64,000 nt of DNA from the human T2T-CHM13v2.0 reference genome, Homo sapiens. This document shows, one piece after another, positions 43,501 through 57,900 of this stretch. The stretch spans positions 5,664,001-5,728,000 of the forward strand of contig CP086569.2 in NCBI GenBank assembly GCA_009914755.4. Reading direction: 5' to 3'. Both the position numbers and the translations under genes were made by a program. The number at the start of each line of letters is the position of its first letter. Positions within the stretch are counted from its first letter, which is position 1. The notes below the pieces were generated by a model, which was given only the letters and a program-made list of their open reading frames with translations, did no database searches and was not told the origin of the DNA.

Positions 43501-44290
43501 TATAAAAGGAAATGCAAATCAAAACCACAGTATCACCTCACACATACTATTATATCCATTATCCATTATCCATTATCAAAAAGACAAGAGATACATGTTG
43601 GTAAGGGTGTAGAGGAAGATAACCCTTGTATACTGTTGGTGGGAATGTAAATTGATACAATCATGGAAAACAGTATGGATATTTCTCAAAAAATTAGAAA
43701 TAGAACTACCATATAATATAGCAATTTCACTTCTGGGTATATACCCAAAGGAAAACCAGTCAGTATCTCAAAGAGATTTCTGCACCCTCATGTTCATTGC
43801 AGAATTGTTTGCAACAGCCAACATGTGGAAACAGCCTAAGTATCCACCGCCTAATGAATCAATGGAGAAATCACGGTACATATACATAATGGAATATTAT
43901 TCAACCATGGAAACGAAGGAAATCCTGCCATTTGCAAAAACATGGATGAACCTTGAAGACATTATTCTAAGTGAAATTAACCAGACACAGAAAGGCAAAT
44001 ACTATATCATCTCATTTAAATGTGGAATCTAAAAAAATATAACTTACAGAAGCAGAAAGAATGGTGAATGCCAGGGCCTGGAGATTAAGGGGAAATGGTG
44101 AGATGTTGGTCCAAGGGTACAGACTTTCGGTTATAAGATGAACAAGTTCTGAGGGTCTAAGGTACAGCATGATAGATGTGTTAATTAATTTGAGTGTGGT
44201 AATCATACAAAGCATTTGTATCAAATTATCATGTTGCTTACCTTGAACAAATACAATCTTTATTCATCCATTAAATATTTAAAATAAAAA
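43500..44290 (+). mobile_element. L1 (L1M/L1MA-like) 3'-terminal ~0.8 kb, copy 2, directly abutting the tail of copy 1
   Basis: ggaaatgcaaatcaaaaccacagtatcacctcacac, gttggtgggaatgtaaattgatacaatcatggaaaacagtatgg, ggaaatcctgccatttgcaaaaacatggatgaaccttgaagacattattctaagtgaaattaaccagacacagaaaggcaaatactatatcatctcatttaaatgtggaatctaaaaa. Track ORF 43652-44032 is L1 ORF2 C-terminal. Confidence 0.7.
43556..43577. repeat. (CCATTAT)3 short tandem repeat
   Basis: ccattatccattatccattatc. Confidence 0.8.
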
Positions 44291-44639
44291 GGCAAGGAAC
44301 CACTAAACAAGAAAGTAATCACTAAAAACAGTGAAATATTTGCTAGGGTAAAATTATTTTTCAGTTACTTTTCCTCTAGATCATCCATTTAAATGATAGA
44401 TTCAAGGAGAAATAAGTAAGCATTTACAACAAACAATATTCCAAGTTTTATGCTTCTAAACATGAAATTAAACTTTATACTAGTGTCTCTGTTCTTAATT
44501 AAGAGGCTAAACATTTTATTAATCAAAAGCAGCATGCTTCATTAGGAGAAACATTCAGTTCAACTTAAACAAGTGTTTGAGCCTTATGTTACTTTAGGGA
44601 GACATATCTTTCAGTTAGTTTACTTGTATAAGGAGAATA

Positions 44640-45010
44640 TCCATACCTGTTTTACCCATCTCAAAGGTGAGAAGAGAAATAACATTTATTAAGCAGCTAC
44701 TAAATGCCAGGCATTTTTCTATGGATTTTATAAACATTATGTCATCTAATCTTCAAAAGAGACATGCAAAATAGAAAGTATTCTTATTTTGCTTATAGCA
44801 AAATACAGTACAGAAAAGGCAGATAACAGTACAATTGAGTTAGAAGAAAAAAGTCTTGGTGCCAGGCAAATCTTACTCTGAGTCATATCTATGCCATATG
44901 CTTGCTTTGTGACTTAGAGAAATTTGACTTAAATTTTGTTATCCTCTTTCTTTATCTATAAAAACAAGGTAAACCTACCTATAATAGAGCATGTTTGGTT
45001 ACAGGTACCA
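44640..45010. mobile_element. MIR-like SINE sequence: one part resembles the MIR core in minus orientation, the 3' part resembles MIR in plus orientation
   Basis: tttattaagcagctactaaatgccaggcatttttctatgg parallels the reverse complement of the MIR core ..cttagaacagtgcctggcacatagtaagcgctcaataaatg. tgtgacttagagaaatttgacttaaattttgttatcctctttctttatctataaaaacaaggtaaacctacctataatagagcatgtttgg parallels MIR ctgtgtgaccttgggcaagtcacttaacctctctgagcctcagtttcctcatctgtaaaatggggataataatagtacctacctcatagggttgttg. Confidence 0.45.
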
Positions 45011-45839
45011 AACTAGTTTAAATTGAAAAGACATTATCATAGGAATCTATAAGGAATTTTCACAACCCAATTTCTTTGAATACCTCTCCCAGCTCCCCTC
45101 ACCACTACTCTGCCTTCCAACTGCCACATATTGTGTTTTTACTGATTCCCTCTCTGCAGCTATTGCTTTTCCTGCTACTCTATACTGAATTGACTTCTGT
45201 GGATGCATATAGCTAAAATAACTGACAGTTCAGCCTTCATAAGCTTGCACCTCCAGTATTTACCAAAATTTTTAAAAATTTTGACTTTTATTTCAATTAA
45301 TGACAGAGATAATCTGATTGGCTTATTTTGAGTTAAGAATCCGTTACTTGTTCAATCAGTGGTAACTAGGGACCAGGGTCACCTCATACAAAGGACCCTA
45401 CGTAAATCTGTCCCTTTATTGGAAGTTGTGGGAAACCATTTCCAGATAATAAAGATAAATGCTTGATTAGCACATCAAATATATCTGTTAACCATATCCT
45501 TTGGCCCACTGTAAGTATTCAAAGTAATATAACATGTCTCACATAGAAAATGTTTAATAGATTTTAACTATTGTTGTTACTTTAGTATCAATACAGGAGG
45601 CCCATTTAAATAGCTTATATTGAGGACCTGCCATGTATCAAATGCATTATTGACATTGTCTTATTTAATCCAGTACCTTCCACATTGCCTGGCAGATTAA
45701 AAATTTAATAAATAGTTGTTGGATTATGCAAGTTATCAAAACAAGTATTGAAGTGTAAACTTTATTACCCAAAAATTATAGAAGACATAATGAGAGCTTA
45801 TAATCAAATGATGTTGAATGTGTATTTTGCAGCTCTTGG

Positions 45840-47280
45840 ATGAAATATTCTATAAATATCTATTAGATTCACTTGGTCTATAGTATGAATTAAGTCTGAT
45901 GTTTCTTGATTTTCTCTCTGGAAGATCTGTCAAATACTGAAAGTTGATTGTTGAAATCTCCATCTATTATTGTATCGAGGTCTGTCTTTCCCCTTAGCTC
46001 TAATAACATTTACTTTACATATCTGGGTGTTCCATGGTTGGGTGTATATAAACTTAAAATTTGTATATTCTCTTGCTGAATTTAGTCCCTTATTATCATA
46101 TAGTGACCATTTTTGTCCCTTCTTATAGTTTTTGTTTTGAAATCTATTTTGTCTGATATAAGTGCTATGAGTCCTGCTCGTTTCTGGTTTCCAATGGTAT
46201 AGAATAATTTTTCTATCCCTTTATTTTCAGTCTATGTGTCTTTATAGGTGAACTGTGTTTATTGTAGGCAACAGATAAATACTTCCTGATTTTCATCCAT
46301 TCAGCCAGCTGATGGCTTTTGATTGGAGAGTTGTACCCATTTACATTCAATGTTATTATTGACGAATGAGCACTTACTCTTGCCATTTTGTTATTTGTTT
46401 TCTGGTTCTTTTATGGTCTTCACTTTCTTCTTTCTTTCCTTTCTGTCTTCCTCTAGTGTAGGTAATTTTCTCTGGTAATTTGATTTAGTTTCTTGCTTTT
46501 TATTTTTTGTATCCATTTTTATTTTTTGCTTTGAGATTACCACGAGTGTTGCAAATGTTATTTTATAACTCCGGTATTTTAAACTGATAACAACTTAGCA
46601 CTATTTGCAAAAGCAAACAATTTAACAAGCAAAAGAAAAACTAATAATAACTCTATGCCTTAACTTCATCCCCCACCCCCCGCTTTTTAACGTTTTGTTG
46701 TTTCTATTTATATCCTATTGTACTATGTCTTGAAATATTTTTTAGTTATTATTTTTTTCATTGTTTACTCTTTCTGCTTAGGATAAGAGTAGTTTACATA
46801 CCACAGTTACAGTTTTATAACATTCTATGTTTTTTTGTGTACTTACTATGACCAGTAATTTTTTGTACCATCAGGTAATTATTTATTGCTCATTAATGTC
46901 CTTGTATTTCTGATTGAAATATTCTCTTTAGCATTTCTTGTAGAACAGGTGTGGTATTGATGAAATCCCTCAGCTTTTGTTTGTCTGGGAAATGCTTTAT
47001 TTCTCCTTCACGTTTGAAGAATAATTACACCAGATATACTACTCTAGAGTAAAAGTTTCTTTTTGTTTTTTTTTTCTTTAGTACTTTAAATATGTCATGC
47101 TACTGTCTTCTGGCCTGTAAGGTTTCCACTGAAATGTCTGCTGACAGTCATATTGGAGCTCCATTATATGGTACTTCTTTTTTTCTCCTGCTGCTTTTAG
47201 GATAATTTCTTTATCTTTGATGTTTGGGAGTTTGTTTATTTATTTTATGTATTTATTTTTATTTTACTTTAAGTTCTGGG
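45840..47280 (-). mobile_element. Old L1 fragment on the minus strand: ORF1 C-terminus, inter-ORF spacer and ORF2 endonuclease N-terminus (roughly L1 positions 1600-2700)
   Basis: The reverse complement reads ..aaacatcaaagataaagaaattatcctaaaagcagcagg..gaaggagaaataaagcatttcccagacaaacaaaagctgagggatttcatcaataccacacctgttctacaagaaatgctaaag.. (ORF1 end) and ..tgcctacaataaacacagttcacctataaagacacatagactgaaaataaaggg..ggagatttcaacaatcaactttcagtatttgacagatcttccagagag.. (ORF2 start). Confidence 0.65.
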
Positions 47281-48640
47281 AAACATCATCCTGATACCAA
47301 AACCTGGCAGAGACACAACAAAAAAAGAAAATTCAGGCCAATATCCCTAATGAACATCAATGTGTAAATTCTCAATAAAATACTGGAAAACCAAATCCAG
47401 AAGCAAATCAAAAAGCTTATCCACCATAATCAAGTTGACTTCATCCCTGGGGTGCAAGCTTGGTTCAACATATGCAAATCAATAAACATAATCCATCACA
47501 TGAACAGAACCAATGATAAAAAACACGTGATTATCTCAATAGATGCAGAAAAGGCCTTCGATAAAATTCAACATCCTTTCATGCTACAAACTCTCAATAA
47601 ACTAGGTATTGATGGAACATATCTTAAAATAATAAGAGCTATTTATGAAAAACCCATAGCCAATATCATACTGAATGGGCAAAAGCTGGAAGCATTCCCT
47701 TTGAAAGCTGGCACAAGACAAGAATGCCCCCTGTCACCACTCCTATTCAACATAATATTGAAAGTTCTGGCTAGGGCAATCAGGCAAGAGAAAAAATTAA
47801 GAGTATTCAAATAGGAAGAAAGGAAGTCAAATTGTCTCTGTTTGCAGATGACATGATTGTATATTTAGAAAACCCCATCATCTCAGCCCAAAAATCCCTT
47901 AAGCTGATAAGCGACTTCAGCAAAGTCTCAGGATACAAAATCAATGTGCAAAGATCATAAGCATTCCTATACACTAATAATACGTAAGCAAAGAGCCAAA
48001 TCATGAGTGAACTCCCATTCACAATTGCTACAAAGGAGTAAAATACCCATGAATACAACTTACAAGGGATGTGAAGGACCTCTTCAAGGAGAACTACAAA
48101 ACCACTCTTCAAGGAAATAAGAGAAGACACAAAAAAATGGAAAAACATCCATACTCATGGATAGGGAGAATCAATATCATGAAAATGGACACACTGCCCA
48201 AAGTAATTTATAGATTCAATGCAATTCCCATCAAGCTACCGTTGACTTTCTTTGCAGAACTAGAAATAACTACTTTAAATTTCATACGGAGTCAAAAAAG
48301 AGCCCATATAGCCAAGACAATCCTAAGCAAAAAGAACAAAACTGGAGGCCTCAAGCTACATGACTTCAAACAACACAGCAAGGCTACAGTAACCAAAACA
48401 GCATGGTACTGGTACCAAAACAGATATATAGACCAATGGAATAGAACAGAGGCCTCAGAAATAACACCACACATCTACAACCATCTGATCTTTGATAAAC
48501 TTGACAAAAATAAGCAATGGGGAAAGGATTCCCTGTTTAATAAATGGTGTTGGGAAAACTGGCTAGCCATATGCAGAAAACAGAAACTGGACCCCTTCCT
48601 TACACCTTATACAAAAATTAACTCAAGATTTGAGTTTGTT
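47280..48640 (+). mobile_element. L1 (older L1PA-like) ORF2 fragment (roughly L1 positions 3290-4885), no 3' end
   Basis: Track ORFs 47452-47814 (..[90 protein letters not shown]) and 48071-48655 (..[115 protein letters not shown]) are L1 ORF2. Confidence 0.85.
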
Positions 48641-50633
48641 TATCAAATGCCTTAATGCAGTCCTTTTTGTGTTAAATCTGCTAGGTGTTCTATAATGTTT
48701 TTCTACTTGGATATGGATATCTTTCTCCAGGTTTGGGAAATTCTCTGTTATCATCTTTTTGAACAAACTTTCTTCCCCCATCACTTTCTCTACTTCCTCT
48801 GTAAGGCCAATAGCTCTTAAGTTTGCAGTTTTAAGGCTGCTTTCCAGATCCTGTAGCCATGCTTCGTTTTTTTTTCTTTTATCTCCACTTACTGTGTGTT
48901 TTCAAACAGCCTGTCTTTAGGCCCAGTAATTCTTTCTTCTGCTTGATCAATTCTGATATTAAAGGATGCCGAAGAATTCTTCAGTATGCCAATTTCATTT
49001 TTCAGCTCTAGAATTTCCGCTTGATTATTTTTGATTGTTTTATCTTTTTGTTAAATGTGTCTTATAGGATTCTGAATTCCTTCTTTGTTCATTTGGTGAG
49101 ATCATGTTTTCCTGGATGGTGATAATGCTGATAGATGTTCTTCAATATCTGGGCATTGAAGAGATATGTATTTATTGTAGTCTTCACTACTAGACATGTT
49201 TGTACTCCTCCTTCTTGGGAGGGATTTTCAGATGTTTAAAAGGACTTGGATGTTGTGATCTAAGCTTTATCTGCTTTTGGGGGCGCACCAAGCACACTAA
49301 TGCTGTGGTTCTGGATGGTCTTAGACAATATCCAAGAGAATTCTCTGGATTACCACTAAGAAACTTCTATTCTCTTCCCTTACTTTCTCCCAAACATATA
49401 GTCTTTCTCTGTTCTGAACCTCCTAAAGCTGAGGGTGAACTTACTCATGTACGCTTGTGCCCATCAACACTATGACTGTACTGGGTCAGACCTGAAACCA
49501 GCACAGCACGGAGTCTCTCCCAAGGCCTGTGGTAACCACTCCCTAGTTACTGCATATGTTTCCTCAAGGCCCTGGGGCTCTATAATCAGTAGGTGACAAA
49601 GTCAGCCAGGCCTGTGTCCCTCCCTTCTGGGAAGTGAGGTCCCCCAGGCCCCAGGTGAATCCAAAAGCACCATCCTGGCATCAGGGGCTAGAGTAAAAAA
49701 TGTTAGGAGTCTACCTGGTATTCTATTGTATCTCAGCTGAGCTAGCACTCAAACCATACGATGTAGTTCTTCCATACTTTTCTCCCCTTTCCAAAGGCAC
49801 AGGAACCTCACCCTGAAGCCATCTCCACCTCAGGCCATGTGGAGTACTCTCAGACTACCCTGGATATTCTCTTAAGGTCCAAGGTCTCTTAAGTCAGCTT
49901 GTGGTGAATTTTGCCTGACCTGGGACTCCCCTACGTGGTCGTAGGCTCCCCTCTCGCGCAGGGCATGTCCAGAAATGCCATCCAAGTGTCACATCTTAGA
50001 ATCAGAGATCCCAAGGGCCTGCTTATTCCTCTACCCTCTGTGGTTGTGATGGTACCTAAAGTGCAAGACAAAGTCCCCTTTACTTTTTCCTCTGCTTTTC
50101 TCAAATAGAAAGAGTTTGGGCCCATAACCACCAAAACTGGCAATGTGCTGAGTCTCACCTGAAGCCAGCAAGTCTTGGAGGCTCATCCAAGGACCTTGGT
50201 GTAATACCAAGGTAAAACTTGTGGTTATTCAGAGTCCAAGGGCTCTTCAGTTAACAGATGAATGCTGCTAGGAATGAGTCATTTCCTTCAAGGCAGTGGG
50301 TTTCCTTCTGGCCCAGGATGTGTCTAGAAATGGCATCTGGGAACTAGGGCCTATAACAGGGGTCTCATGACTCTGACCAGTGCCTTGTCCTGTAATGGCT
50401 AGTTGGTATCCAAGATGCAAGACAAAATTCTCCCCATTCTCCCCTCTTCTCTCTTCAAGTATAAAGAATGAGTATCTTTTGGAGCTGTTAGATGTGCAGC
50501 CTGGGGTTAGGGGAGGGGTGATGTCAGCACTCCTTGGGCTGCCCCAACTTGTGTCTCAGTAGGTCATGTTTATCCCCAGTTTACTGTCTCTGGGCCTAGT
50601 TCAGCACTAGGACTCACCTAAGAATTGCAGTCC
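48640..50633 (-). mobile_element. 5' end of an L1 on the minus strand: first half of ORF1 (48640-49200) plus a ~1.4-kb 5'UTR holding at least two diverged tandem monomers of ~340 bp (about 49960-50300 and 50310-50633)
   Basis: The reverse complement of 48640-49200 gives the ORF1 coiled-coil region (..caagcggaaattctagagctgaaaaatgaaattggcatactgaagaattcttcggcatcctttaatatcagaattgatcaagcagaagaaagaattactgg..). Monomers align as catgtccagaaatgccatccaag..ggtacctaaagtgcaagacaaagtcccc..tctcaaatagaaagagtttggg versus atgtgtctagaaatggcatctggg..ggtatccaagatgcaagacaaaattctcccc..tcttcaagtataaagaatgagt. Confidence 0.6.
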
Positions 50634-52018
<1,385 letters not shown>

Positions 52019-53269
52019 GAATTGCAGTGCTTATTTTTTTGCAGTCCAAAAAAGAATTGCCTAGACTACCTTACCTTTCAAGTTTACTTGGAGTGTTGTG
52101 GTCCTTGGTGGCAAGGTTTGAAGGCACACAAGTTCAGACCTCAGCTATCAGCAATTCCCCTGTGGCTAAGGCTGGTTGAAATTCTCCCTTGGTAGCCAGG
52201 CATCATCTGAGTTTGGTCTGATTTTCCTTTCTGTTCTAATAGGACAGCACTGAGTTCCATGCCTCACGATTGTGTTCTCTCTCCCCCAGTGCCCAGAGAT
52301 GCTCTCCATACCATGCTGAAGCTGCAGGGGGTGGGGGTGGTTCCAGCCACTCAGGACTGTTTTTTTCTATCTCTTCAGTGCCTCTTTCTGCTATATGAAG
52401 TTAAAACCAGTTACTGTAAGTGCTCATCTGACATTTGGTTCTTGTGAAGGTGATTTTTCTGTGTAGATATTTGTTAAATAGTTTTCTTTGCAGAGGGGGA
52501 CAATCGGTGAAGCTTTCCTTTCAACCATCTTGCTCAGCCTCTAATTTTATGAATCTTACTATTTCACAACAATCATTATCATGACTCAGGTCAACCTGTT
52601 TTATGACATTTGTCATTTGCACTTTCTGTAACAAGTAATTTGAATACATGCAACTTTTTCTTATTAGTTGTTTACATATGTGTCTCTTCTACTAAGTCTT
52701 GCATTCCTTGAAGGAAGGAGCAATGTACTGTGCAACCTTATACTACTTGTAACTGATACAGTCATGGTGCATAGTAAATGATATATAAATACTCATTGAA
52801 TGAATGATCAAGAATGGAAACTGAACCATGAAGGCTAGTTTGTGATTTACACAAACATTGGCAAAGTTCTGGCACAAATTTTATATGAAAAATTTAAACA
52901 CTTAAAATCAACAGAACTTGTATCTAGAATCTGAATTGTTCTAGTCATTATCTCAGTTTTTATTTTTTAAAAATACAATTAATGTACAAATATAATTTTA
53001 GCTGTGGACAGTGAAGTTTAATTGGTTGATGACACAATCTGGTTTTCGATAACGGTATGAAAACCATGTTCCCTCTAACTTTTCATTGTGGCTGTTTTTG
53101 CTTTGTTTTGGTGAGCAACTATTGAGTTTTTATTGTGTGCCAAGCACCATACATACATTACTTTATTAAACTATCATATGAGTATAGGAGAGTTAAATTG
53201 ACTTATTTAATGCCCTACCTCTAATGAGAACAAGTGATATAGTTTCAATCTTTACCTGATCTCAGGTAA

Positions 53270-53335
53270 AGATCGCAAGGTTTTTTGTCCTTGCGATAGT
53301 TTGCTGAGAATGATGGTTTCCAGCTCCAAGCATAT
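53270..53335 (-). mobile_element. Short L1 3'UTR fragment (minus strand)
   Basis: ttgtccttgcgatagtttgctgagaatgatggtttccagctccaagcatat parallels L1 ttgttcttgcgatagtttactgagaatgatggtttccaatttcatccatgtc. Confidence 0.45.
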
Positions 53336-53569
53336 ATTTACTAAACTAGACTGCATCTCATTCTCAGTCTCCTAAGAGGCTTTCCTACCTTTTCCATGAA
53401 GAAATAGTGATAACAGAGACTCACCAAAATTAATATATACAAAACCTTATTTTCCACTAGCCCTGGAGCAAAGCTGTTCATTCCATAAAGATAGATATGT
53501 CTATGAAACAGATAATGAAAGAAAACTACATTAATTAATCTCTGGTGATCAAATGGTAAGAATCTTTGC

Positions 53570-53918
<349 letters not shown>

Positions 53919-54817
53919 CTAAAAATGTTATGTGTGTTATGATGGAATAGTCTTGTCAGTGAACTTTGTAAGTGATGCAGTTAAATGATGCAATTTGAGG
54001 GTCAGGAAGAAGACTAATGCTTACAGGGAGGCTAACACTTGAAATTTTGTAATTTGCCTGTAAGCAATGAATGTTGATTTTTATTAACATGCAGATACAC
54101 TTGGGTTGGAAATACATCAAGTAGTTATGAATAAATTTATCTTCGTATGATGTAATTAATTGAGCATGTATTTGTTAGGGTTAGAAAAATAGATCAAAAG
54201 AGATTCTGGGTAATAATGACACTGAGTAAAACATATGCAATATTAGGGGAAAATAGGTTCTTAAACTTAAGAAAGCACATAGAAGTCAAATTCAGCAGAA
54301 AAATGTCTCGCAAAGCCTGAGAGGTCCAGAAATACTAGGTTTAGATTTTTTTACCCTTTTGTTGGAACCTCGATATGAGATTAGGGTTATCTACCCTGGT
54401 ACAGTTAGAATCTTGCTTTTCGCCTATATTGTGAATTAATGATATTCTGCCCTAGAGGGAAAAAATAGTTCCTTATTTGGGGTTATTTGCAGAAGTGTGA
54501 AAGAACAGTTTTGAAACAAATTCCTTATTTGGACCTTCTTTGTTTTCTTCTCAGGTTGTAACTTCAGGTCATGATTCCTTGCTTGATTTGGACCCCAGTG
54601 AAATGGCTATAGCCTGAAGGAAATCTTCCAGGTAGATAGACAGAGGGAGCAAGAAAAACTGCATTCTCTGCAGTTTTACCTCTGTGTGCAATCATGAAAG
54701 AAAAGCACAGATTGAATAGATCAGCCCGGTCTGTGTGAACCAGGTTCAGGTATGAGGATCAAAGAAAGGAAAGGTGTCTGTGGCTTGAGAATATGGTCAC
54801 AGGGAGAAACATGCAAG

Positions 54818-54853
54818 CACACACACACACACGCACACACACACACACACACG
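54818..54853. repeat. (CA)n microsatellite, imperfect
   Basis: acacacacacacgcacacacacacacacacacg. A second short CA/CG-interrupted run sits at ~55538-55562. Confidence 0.9.
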
Positions 54854-56939
54854 ACACTACTGCTATAAATGGAAGGATGATCTTTGTGGGAAAATGTGTA
54901 AAAAACCAACCTGGCTAGGTACAGAAGTATGTGTAGGCTTTAAAATCAGACACACTAATTTTCAGACTTGGCTCTGGAACAGTTAGCTATTTGAGTTAGA
55001 ACATGCCACATAATCACTTAGCTTTAGTTTCCTTGTCTAAAAATAGCTGTTATCTTAGTACCTTTTCAGAGGACTTTTCTAGAAATTAATGATGTAGTAT
55101 ATATAAAATATTCAGCACAGTGTCTACTATAGAATAAAACTCAATAAATGGTATCAATGATTATGATGATAAGCATGTCAATGATGATGATAACAGTAAT
55201 AATGATAATGATACTGTAATTATTTTTAGCATAAGCTTTAGGCAATAAATTGTGATAAATACTGTATATCATTTTATAATGCATAAAACTTTAATATTAA
55301 TTAAAACATGCCATATCACACTCACCAATCACCTACTTACTGATTTTTGAAGGACTCTTCATATCATTTTGATAAATAAGACTCATGTTACATATTTTTC
55401 CTTAGGTATAGAAATATTACTTCTACCTGTTTTTTCTTTCTAATTGGATAATTCAGAGAACAAACATTTTAAATTAGTAAGGATATGGAATATTGGAGCA
55501 ACAAAATTAATAAGCTTGATCTAATACATGTGCATGCACACACACACGCACATACACACACATGGTCAACCCTCCTTATCTGTGGGTTTCAAATTAATAG
55601 ATACAACCAACTGTGGCTGAAAAAGCATTGGGAAAAAAATAGATGATTGCATCTGTACTAATTCCTGTCATTATTCTTTAAATAATACACTAAAACAACT
55701 ATTTACATAGTATTTATATTGTATTAGGTATTATAAGTAATCTAGAAATGATTCAAAACATATGGAAGTATGTGCATAGATTATATGCAAGTATTTCATC
55801 ATTTTATATGGAATTTGAGCACCTGTGGATATTTGTATCTGTGGAGCATATCTGTGGGGATGGGTTATAGAATCAATCTCTGATGGATATCAGAGGATGA
55901 CTGTGTACAGAGAGAAAGTGAAAGAGAGAGTCATCAGTAACAAATAATGGAGAAACTAGAAACCTATTAATGTTTTTCATATGCCCTTCATCTGAATATA
56001 GCTACAATGTGTTGACAGCTTCAAGTAAACATACAGAAGAGCTGTATATACAATTCAAGATCAGTGGTTGGATCTTCCTACTAGACCAGTCTGTTGAAAG
56101 AAGTTGGTAATTAATGGAGTTTGCACAGGTATGAGAAATCTATAGTAACACCCACAAGCCTAATCTAAATTTAATTGTGGTGAACGAATAATTATTAAAC
56201 ACCTGCATACCCAAACCTTATACCTGAATAAAAAGACAAGTGTTTTCCACAAATATAGGAAAAGTACAAGAGAAAGGATCTTGTGAAAGAGTGTCATAGA
56301 AAGAGAAATAATATATGACCTCCTCCCTCAAAGTTATTTATAATCAAATAGCAGAGGAAAGTATTTATATATAACTATAAGACAAGCTAAATAGGTATCC
56401 TTAAAAAGGTATAGTCACAGGAAAATGTTATATCTGAAGTGGTTCATTCTAAAAGTATGCTGAATTCTTAGCGGTAGGTAATAGGACAAGCTAGTTATAG
56501 ATGAGCCAAAGGCAATATAACTGTTCTTTTGACTCTTGAGAGTGAAAAGCCAAAAGTATGATTTCTAGTTTCCAAAAAGGCATAGTGAACTGGACTAAAA
56601 GAAACATCAATTTCCTGTTTGTCAGTTATGGAATGAAAAATCAGAGTGGAGATTTCACTTTTTAAAGGATGTGATAGATTATCACAATCAGCCACAATAT
56701 TATGTAGCTCCTCCCATTAAGAAGTTAAATCTATATTTGTACCCTTTGAATTTCACCTTGGTCATGTGAATTGTTTTGGCTATTTGAATATTATTAAATA
56801 TAATACAAGCAGAGACTTTAAAAGTATTTGCACATTAGAGCAAGCCCTCTTTTGCTAATTGGAACTCTTCTGTACCTATTGTGAAAGAGCATAGAAAACA
56901 TAGATAAATCGGACTTCATCAAAATTAAACTTTTGTGCT

Positions 56940-57900
56940 ACAAATGATACCATCAAGTAAGGAAAAATATAGACCACGGAATGGGAAAAAGTATGGGAGA
57001 AGATATTTGCAAATCATAACTCCTAGAACTTAATAATACAAAGACAAATAATCAGATTAAAATATGGGCAAAATATTTGAATAGATGTTTCTCAAAAGAA
57101 TATATACAAGAGGACAATAAGCATGTGAAAAGATGCTTAATATCAGTGGCCATTAGAAAAATGCAAATCAAAACCACAATGAGGTACCACTTCATTACAA
57201 ATAGAATGGCTATAATCCAAAAGATAAGTCTTGACAAGCATGTGGAAAAATTGAAATCATCATACACTGCTGGTAGGAATGTAAAATGGTGTAGCCACTT
57301 TGAAAATAGTCTAAAGCTTCTAAAATGCTTAAACATAGGTTTATAATATGACCCAGCAATTCTATTCCAAGATATAGGCCCAAGAGAAATAAAAAGATAT
57401 GTTCACACAAAAATTTGTTCATGAATGTTTATAATATTCACAGTAGCCAAAAGGTGGAAACAACTCAAATGTTTATCAATGAATGAATTATCAGTATGTT
57501 GTAAATCCATTTAACGGAATATCATTCAGCAATAAAAAGAATGAAATGTTAACAGATGCTTAAACTCAGATGGACCTTGAAAACATTATGCTAAGTGAAA
57601 GAAGCCAGTCACAAAAGACCACATATAATATGATTCTATTTATATTAAGTATCCAGAATAGGCAAGTGTGTAGAGACATAAAGTATTAATGGTTGCCTAG
57701 GACTGGGATGAATGAGGATTGGGGAGAAATACTTTAAGTGTGTCGTGGTTCTTTTTAGGATGATAATAATGTTCTAAAATTGATTGTGATAATGATTTCA
57801 CAACTTTGGGAATACACTAAAAACCATTGAATTGTATAATTTCAGTGGGTAAATTGTTTGGTATGTGAATTATGTCTCAATAAAACTGCTACAAAAGAAT
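56940..57900 (+). mobile_element. Old L1 (L1M-like) ORF2 C-terminal/3'UTR fragment
   Basis: gcaaatcataactcctagaacttaataatacaaagacaaataatcagattaaaatatgggcaaaatatttgaatagatgtttctcaaaagaatatatacaagagg..attagaaaaatgcaaatcaaaaccacaatgaggtaccacttcattacaaatagaatggctataatccaaaag..ctggtaggaatgtaaaatggtgtagccactttgaaaatagtc..cacagtagccaaaaggtggaaacaactcaaatgtttatcaatgaatgaat..atgctaagtgaaagaagccagtcacaaaagaccacatataatatgattctatttatat..ggttgcctaggactgggatgaatgag. Confidence 0.65.

Noticed and set aside
47228-47280. T-rich stretch ending in actttaagttctggg, the reverse complement of the extreme L1PA 3' terminus, abutting the start of the plus-strand L1, as a minus-strand twin-primed insertion with a very short direct segment
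   Set aside because: Only about 18 bp match the L1 terminus. The adjacent plus-strand fragment covers L1 positions about 3290-4885, leaving more than 1 kb of L1 unaccounted for. That is far larger than the junction deletions seen in twin priming, so this is probably coincidental or the remnant of an unrelated tail.
52021-52060. A second gcagtcc...aagaattgcctag motif just downstream of the L1PA duplication, resembling the left junction (aagaattgcagtcc|tgaatggtattgcctagg)
   Set aside because: It could hint at microhomology-mediated complexity at the insertion site. The simple 14-bp duplication explains the structure, and the extra similarity is short enough to be chance.
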